This document shows positions 34,711-41,475 of a DNA stretch of 41,475 nt, piece by piece. The stretch is taken from positions 109,775,344-109,816,818 of the forward strand of contig NC_068981.1 of assembly GCF_001194135.2 (NCBI RefSeq). The letters run 5' to 3'. Source of the DNA: Octopus bimaculoides. Taxonomy: Eukaryota. The notes under the pieces are model-generated. The model worked only from the letters and a program-made list of their open reading frames with translations. It was not told the origin of the DNA and did not search any database. The number at the start of each line of letters is the position of its first letter. Positions within the stretch are counted from its first letter, which is position 1. A program made the translations under genes and the position numbers.

Positions 34711-36379
34711 CTGTCATTATAGAGAAAATGATAACATTTTACAAAACAAACACTAATAATAAAACATTTGTAAGAATTTTAATCTATTTTATCTTTTCTC
34801 CAAAATACAGTTCGGGCAAACTAACTGAAGTACAATGACCAGTTTCATCAAATAGATTAGATAAAAAATTTATAATCAAGAAAGTCATAATACATGACTT
34901 TATATAATGAACCAGAGTGACTGAGATTAAGATGGCAAACTATGACTGGTTAGTTATCAGTTGAAACTCTACCAATCATTGTGTTTTGCCCCTGGGCAAG
35001 GCATAAAATCTTGCTTATCTTCTTAGTTCGCTTGATTATTTGCAGAATGACTATCCATCTGTAAAAACAATCCTATATATGCAAGCATGTATGTAAAAAT
35101 AGAAATAAAAACCCACAAAAGTACCCTCAGGGATATATATACTTTTATTGAGTTTGCATCCTATCTCTCTACACAGTAATCTAAAGGGATCTTTTCCAAT
35201 TAATTTCTTTTAAGGATTATGTGAAAACCAGCACAACAATCCAACTATATAGCTATGTCAAATCTGTTAAGTGGAGATAGTGTTATGAAACTACCCTGCT
35301 AATCTACATTATCTGAAGTAATTGCCTTGTAATTTGATTAATGGCTTACATTTTTTCAAAGATAGATCATAATTGATGCAATAAAAGTAATAATATAACT
35401 AAAATTGATGAATTGATAAAAAGACTAATATTTCACAAGACCAGTCAGGCTTGGCTACTAAAGCTTGCTATTGTAGATTAAATAGGATTATTTCGTTTTT
35501 AAGAAAACAAAGAAACCTTTCTAGTGTAGGTGCCACAATAAAATACAGGGAGACTGGTAACCGTATGGAGGCAATGTATGACAGAGAGGAGTCTTTAATT
35601 GTGTTGAGGACAGGACAGCCTCTCCATTGATTACAATGAGGATTATTATTATTATCGTTTTTTCCTTAAGTGGTGTTACTGTAATTAAGTTTTACAACTG
35701 TTGCCAGAGACAATAGTAATTTGCTACTTATTATTTACTATGAGACTCCCAATTATACAATGTAATACTGTGTTACTGTTGTATGTAACAGCACTTATGT
35801 TATGGTGTCCATGTTAGTTATAATAATAATAATAAAGAATAAAATAAGTTGCATCACCATATGATAAAGCAGTTCTTTTTTGCAGAGCAGAATATGATTA
35901 TCTAGTAAGAAGAAGCACAGTATGCATATGGAACAATGAATCTGTGGATTACACTTAGTTACTTGACCTTACAAATTATAAGGCTGCTGTACAAGGGCAG
36001 AATTAGGAGTTAACAAGAACAATTATATGGTCTGAAATAGCTTGTATCATTGTGTCAAACACCACTTTGGCAGTTACTACATGTTTGTATTAGTAGTTCA
36101 CTATGTTATCATAATGATACCTATATACCTGGCAATATTTATTAATATATTACAATATAAATGAAACATGTAACCTGTATGGTGGATGACAGTTAAGTAA
36201 AAATGGTCCAGACAATTTAAATGGAAAGAACATGTGGAAGGAGGAATTTAAAAAGACATGGGGAGAAAGTGAAAGCCAAGAAACTGTTCTTTACACGAGG
36301 AAATTATAATAAACTGCAAGTGATGAAACACTATTCTAGAGAAGACCCAACTAACCAAGGTAAGTATGACTATTTTCAA

Positions 36380-36452
36380 CATCATCATCATCATCATCAT
36401 CATATTGATCATGATGATGGTGAAGATGATGACAACAACAATGATGGTGATG
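36380..36452. repeat. (CAT)n / (GAT)n / (CAA)n microsatellite cluster
   Basis: catcatcatcatcatcatcat...gatgatggtgaagatgatgacaacaacaatgatggtgatgg. Confidence 0.85.
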
Positions 36453-36621
36453 GAAAAAGAACTTGTATTTAGCTTTTCTCTTCTTGGTTCTCAGCTGTTG
36501 ACAATACACTTCCTAAATAAATAGAGTTTATGTTAAGTAAAGACATTTTCATGACTTCAAATTAATAATTAAATACAAATTGCTGAGCAGTATACAATAT
36601 CAATCTATATGTTACCATATG

Positions 36622-37434
36622 TACAGGGTATTTGGATTAAATTTGACCAATTGTTTATGACTCGTTTTTCAGGAATAGCTTGATGTATTGGTGAACAGTC
36701 AATGGCATTGGAGAGCATAAAGAGTAAAGTTAAAGTTAGCTGATACAAAAGACTGGCAGCCATCTGAGTATCGGAAAAGAGTTACCCATATCATGGTTAG
36801 TGTTGGGTGTCAAAATGCTGACATCATGACTACTGCTTAATGCTCTGTGAAGGGACATGGCAGGCATTCTGAACAGGGCTTTAGGCTCAATTTAAAAGGC
36901 TGTGTAAAGCTGTTAGAGACTGTGGTCAATCCCTGGTTGGAGAGTATTACCGTTGGGAGGACATATGTATGGCAGCAGGCTCAAGCTCTTTGCCATACTT
37001 CCAGAAAGAGTCAGAAGTGGTTGTTGGAGAATTTCTATGACTTCACCAACCCCAATTTCTGGCTCTGTAACTCCCTGCAATTGTAATCCTATGGATTACT
37101 ATATGTGGGGAGTTGAGAAAGATACCAACTGCTATGCCTGCAACACCAAGCTTGAGCTGGTGTCCAAGATCGAGAAGATGTTTGAAGATCTTCCCAGAGA
37201 CACAATAAGGAATGCATGCACCAGGTTCCAGAGTAATCTTGAGGCTGTAGTGTAAGCTGAAGCCATCTATTTTGAGTAAAATGTTATCTCCTTGCCATAA
37301 TCTAGCTGATATTTTTTGGTTTTTTAATATACTTTTATTTTTGGATGGGATATTGTGTTTTTACTAGTATGTTGATCAATTGTGCTTTCTTTTCCTTTTA
37401 TGCAAACTCTCAAATTTAGCTTGAACATCCTGTA
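36622..37434 (+). mobile_element. Tc1/mariner relic, probably maT (DD37D-like), internally deleted
   Basis: Imperfect TIRs tacagggtatttggattaaatttga / tcaaatttagcttgaacatcctgta; WQQAQALCHTSRKSQKWL...FWLCNSLQ/CNPMDYYMWG...NACTRFQSNLEAVV resembles maT QQDSAPAH...WPPNSPDCNPMDY. Confidence 0.8.
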
Positions 37435-37886
37435 TTAAAAGAAATTACATTGCTTACACCATGAAATATAATGTAATTATTTTCATTCACTAAAAGGATA
37501 AACAGAACTTATATGTTAAGAACTATGACAGGTGATGTGTTACTTTTTGGCTTACTAACTATGACATTTTGTTGTACTTTAGTCACAGATCAGACTTCAT
37601 GAAACAAACTTATGACTAAAGGTATTGTAGTGGCTATCCAGCCATCTTTTATCACAATTATATTATCCAATGGAAATTTCTGTAAGACAGTAAGTCGATG
37701 GTTTGAAGAAGATTTGGTTGTTTTTGCTAGCATGTTGATCAATTCTACAGAGACTTTCTTGTTGACTATGAACTATGATAAGTTTTATCAAATTTGAACA
37801 GAAATCACTATGAGTGCTGTAGAATGTGAAATGAAGTAAAGTGTTTATATAGAGATGTTAAAAGAAAGTTTCAAAAACTGCAGAAG

Positions 37887-38600
37887 TACAAAGCTATCAA
37901 AAAGTTCCAGGACTAGTTATGTTTAATAAAAAATAACTTATTTACCTAAGTTTTAACATCATCTCCTTTGAAATAGTCACCTTGAGCAACAATACACTGG
38001 TTTCAGCATTCCTGTCACTTTTGGAATATAGCCTTGAAGTTGTTTTCCATAAGCAAGTTAAAGACCTTCTGTGATTCACTCCAGATCTTGACAATGGTAT
38101 TAAAACAGTGACTTTTGAGCTGCATTTTCATCTTGGGGAAGAGATGGAAGTCCGCAAGTGCTAAATCTGGTGAATAGTGAGGGTGCAGAAGCGATACTAT
38201 GTTGTTTTTGGCATGAGTGAGGAGAGCTCAGTGACAGGGTACATTGTTGTTGTGAAGAATTCAATTCTTCACACTTCACAGATCACGTCACTTTTGCCAA
38301 ATGTCCTCCCTCATACACTTCAAAACATTGCAGGGGAACACCCAACTGATGGTCTGGCCCTGGGGGATGAATTCTCATTGCACAATACCACACTTCCAGG
38401 AGTGGTGCTTGTGGTAAGTCTTCCAGGGACATTCTTCTGCTTTTAAAGTGCCAATGCCACTCAAAACATTGCGTACAACCAATTGCCTCATCACTGTATG
38501 CTTGCTGAGGTATTTTTTTCTCAGTATATAACCACTTAATGTGTGAAAAGAATATTGTTTCTGAATACTTCAAATCTGACCCAACAGTGACCAGTGAAAC
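37887..38600 (-). mobile_element. Mariner relic with one TIR and internal deletions (far boundary approximate)
   Basis: TIR-like tacaaagctatcaaaaagttccaggact at 37887; minus strand encodes HPHYSPDLALADFHLFPKMK...QCIVAQGDYF and an N-terminal CFEWHWHFKSRRMSLED fragment. Confidence 0.8.
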
Positions 38601-38728
38601 CTGTGGATTATTGTATACAATAATTTCTCCATGATAAGTGGTGCGTGTGTTTAAGAGAGGGGAGAGAGAGAGAGAGTGTGTGTGTGTGTAATGTAATAAC
38701 AAATAACAAAAGCAAGCTATGACATTAC

Positions 38729-38797
38729 CATAAGGGGTCCATGTGTTTCCCAAGTTGGTGTATCAGCATCATAGCAAGCATCATGTTGGGACTCAAG
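38729..38797 (-). CDS. NUP188: NUP188 exon, 69 nt, phase 0-0: LESQHDACYDADTPTWETHGPLM
   Basis: tatttaacag|CTT...ATG|gtaatg; matches human YRQQFEELYKTEAPTWETHGNLM. Confidence 0.95.
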
Positions 38798-38850
38798 CTG
38801 TTAAATATAATATAAATATTTTGTAATAAATTCATGTTAGGTATATTTAT

Positions 38851-39163
38851 AAGTAATATTCATAGCCACTTTAACATGGCTGTCCGTTTGAGTGGACTCT
38901 ACTGCGATTTTTTAACCCCAAGAGGACATCTCTAGCTGGTTAACGATGCACAGCTGCATCCGATAAAATTGCGAGCAGAGGAGTGAACCCCTACCATCTC
39001 CTAGCGACAGGACCAGTCACTAGGAGATGGTAGGGGTTCACTCTCCTGCTCGCAATTTTATTGGATGCAGCTGTGCAACCAGCTAGAGATGTCCTCTTGG
39101 GGTTAAAAAATTGCAGTAAAGTCTGCTCGAACAGCCATGTTAAAGCGGCCACAAATATTACTT
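38851..39163. mobile_element. 313-bp palindromic (hairpin) MITE-like element
   Basis: Arms 38851-39008 and 39016-39163 are reverse complements apart from two small indels and scattered mismatches; 7-nt loop aggacca; GC-richer than the flanks. Confidence 0.92.
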
Positions 39164-41134
39164 GTCGGTACAACTACTGCGTTGATCTCTTGGAGAGATT
39201 TTAGAACTAGCATTTTAGCTAGTTATATTTATCAGATTGGGAAATATAATGACTGAGGTAAAGGTGATGAACTACTAACAACATGGCCATGAACTAAGTC
39301 CTTCAGCAATTATTATATTCAACAAGCATAGCTTAGAGATTAGCAGTAGCAAATTTCTCCACACATTTCTAAAATCCCACTTACCCAAAGCAGCTTCACT
39401 ACAGTAAATAATCCAGCTACAATAACTCAGTACCATACATATTGAGTAGGCTTATTACACATAGCACATTCCAGTACAAAAATAATACAGATAACACTAA
39501 AGGTGATATAATACCATCAAGACTAAATTTTCCTTACATATGTTATCAAAGATATATTTCATTATATACAACATTCACAACAGGCATAGTAAAGAACATA
39601 AAACAGTTTTTAATGGCCAAAATAAAGAAATAACAATATATTGTCACAGTTAAACTCAATCTTTACAATTCCTGACACTACATGTACAATCACTGCATAC
39701 ATATCTACATCAGTTGAGAACCTCTTAAAAGTAATATCTTTTGCTAAGACATAAGATCTATTTTATTAATAGAAAAGTGTTGTCCCCTGGACTGCATATT
39801 TTATTACTCAAGAAAACCTAAGTGTAATTTTGCATAAGGCTTGTTGATGGATCAATTTACCAAAGTAATATGCATGTTACTTAATTGAATTTTTAGTTTC
39901 AAACTTGACCAATTTCATAATTGTGAAGGTAAGACAAGTTTTATAAAACTATCTTTTGAAGAAGCAGCCTATGGAAATCTATATACTAATTTATAGATTA
40001 ATTTATGATGAATTAATATTCCTTATTCTACTTGTTTTGCAAAAGAAACAAAATACCTATGCATTACTATTAACAATACATGATTTTTGTAATACCAATG
40101 ATATCCTTGTGTTTGTTTCCATCTCTTTCTTTACAGCTTTTAAAGAAAAGCCAAAAATTTTGCCAAATAAAGAGATAAACAACAAGGAATTTTTTCTTCC
40201 CTGCCCCACAACTGCAAATTTCTACACTGTCATAAAGACAGCTTAATATGCTGGTTTCTGCAAGGAAAAATTAAACTGCAAAGCCTCTTTTGAATTTCAT
40301 AATTCATACTGTTATAACAATCAAACAACTTCCTTTTACAGGTAAAAGAAGAAAAATGAAAATTCCATTAATGATTTGAAAATAAAATAATTTCCTCTGT
40401 TTATTTGGTGTATGCATGTGAGAGTAAGATAGAAATGAAATCAATAATTTACATCTATGATGATGATTAAGATGATCTCTTAAGTTCTCATAACTAACAG
40501 GTGGCAATAATAAAATGTCAGAAAGAAAATCTTGATTCTTGTGATGCTGGCAAGTGAGGGTAAAATTACTAGACTCTCTGCTAAGGAGCATTTGTAGTTG
40601 CCACACTTCTGTGAAATAACAACATTTTTCTTTTTTTGTAATATTGGTTATATTGTAAGGTTGCATTACTTTCAAGAGAAATGCTAATAAAATGTAATTT
40701 GAAACTTTTGAAAAAGAAAATTGAAAGCATTTTTTTTCTATTTTCACTTGTGATAACTAAATTTAATGTGAAACACTGTAGCAAAATATTCTCCCTCATT
40801 CACACACACACACACACACACATGCAAATTTTAGAAGGAAAACAGATTGGTTAATCTAATAATGTAACTGAAGAATGAAACACTGAAATTAAAGAAATAA
40901 TTTGAACTAAACTCCCTCTTATGTGCCTCTATCATAGCTCAGTCATGACTGTTCTTCTATCATACTTAGGTGCCACGTTTCTACATAACTTTCAGCAGGG
41001 ATTTGACCTCAAAACACTTCTTCAATAGGCTGTGGTATAGTGGTTAAGAACACTGGTTTGTGTTAAAAACACAAGATGAGAGCAACTAAAGAAAAAGAAT
41101 TAAATAAACAAATACTACAAATGATTATCAGATA

Positions 41135-41475
41135 TCTCTATATATAAAAATGAGAATGTGTGTCTGTCTGTGTGTTTCCCTAAAACTCGAGAACTACACG
41201 ACCAATTTCATTCAAATTTTACACATGTCTTACTTAGGGTTCCAGTTGTGTTTTAGTCGAAAAAATTGTTAACTTCTTGCATAGTTCGAGCCCACAGCAA
41301 CATCATATCTCCTCCACTATTTAAGTATTACGTGTCAAAAGTGAAACAAAAACACATGTCAAATACTTTCACTTTAAAAATGAAACTATTCCACTAACTG
41401 AAACAATCACATTTCGATACTGTAATGACAGATACTTTCACTTTAATGGTGTGTGTGTATATATATATATATATA
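41135..41475 (+). mobile_element. Non-autonomous Helitron-like element, 5' end (continues past the window)
   Basis: A|TCTCTATATATAAAAATGAGAATGTGTGTCTGTCTGTGTG...AACTACACGACCAATTTCATTCAAATTTT resembles metazoan non-autonomous Helitron 5' ends (TC start after A, GTCT repeat, subterminal motif). Confidence 0.7.

Larger units (their letters stand above)
1190..38797 (-). other. NUP188: NUP188 gene, internal portion (10 coding exons, 9 introns; extends beyond both window ends)
   Basis: Ten exons with AG acceptors and GT donors join in frame (69+48+90+77+72+43+204+90+66+123 = 882 nt) with no stop codon. The peptide is colinear with my recollection of human NUP188 aa ~173-463. Confidence 0.93.

Noticed and set aside
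36221-36472. ORF with poly-His and acidic tail
   Set aside because: Translation of (CAT)n/(GAT)n microsatellites on the strand opposite the host gene; no coding evidence.
39200-41134. Search for the next upstream NUP188 exon (human VEYADCVDKLEKELVSK equivalent)
   Set aside because: The best look-alike (KCVEKF near 39370) hits a stop and lacks a donor; the exon is probably beyond the window.

Overview
Eukaryotic, AT-rich, repeat-dense genomic DNA with two N-gaps; not prokaryotic. The SINE/RTE/mariner repertoire points to an octopod cephalopod, probably Octopus (inference). The window lies inside one minus-strand gene, nucleoporin NUP188. Ten GT-AG exons (882 nt, 294 codons, phases consistent, no stops) join into a peptide colinear with about aa 173-463 of human NUP188 as I recall it (PTWETHGPLM, QGFG, HGPLLLGW, KDRFPLSF). 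The gene start and end are outside the window. The introns, especially a 19.8-kb one (1313-21114), hold transposon fossils: a Penelope GIY-YIG fragment, four Tc1/mariner relics, a 5'-truncated Tx1 LINE, three copies of an RTE family with a PHD finger inside the reverse transcriptase, a second RTE family, a decayed R4/Dong element, Helitron pieces, a long-TIR element containing a SINE with a 14-bp TSD, a 62-bp minisatellite derived from the RTE 3' UTR, and a 313-bp hairpin element 53 nt from a splice acceptor. No intact transposon ORF, CRISPR array or clearly new multi-gene system was found. The most interesting signals are the PHD-in-RT architecture, the splice-site-adjacent hairpin and other dsRNA-forming inverted repeats, and the minisatellite.
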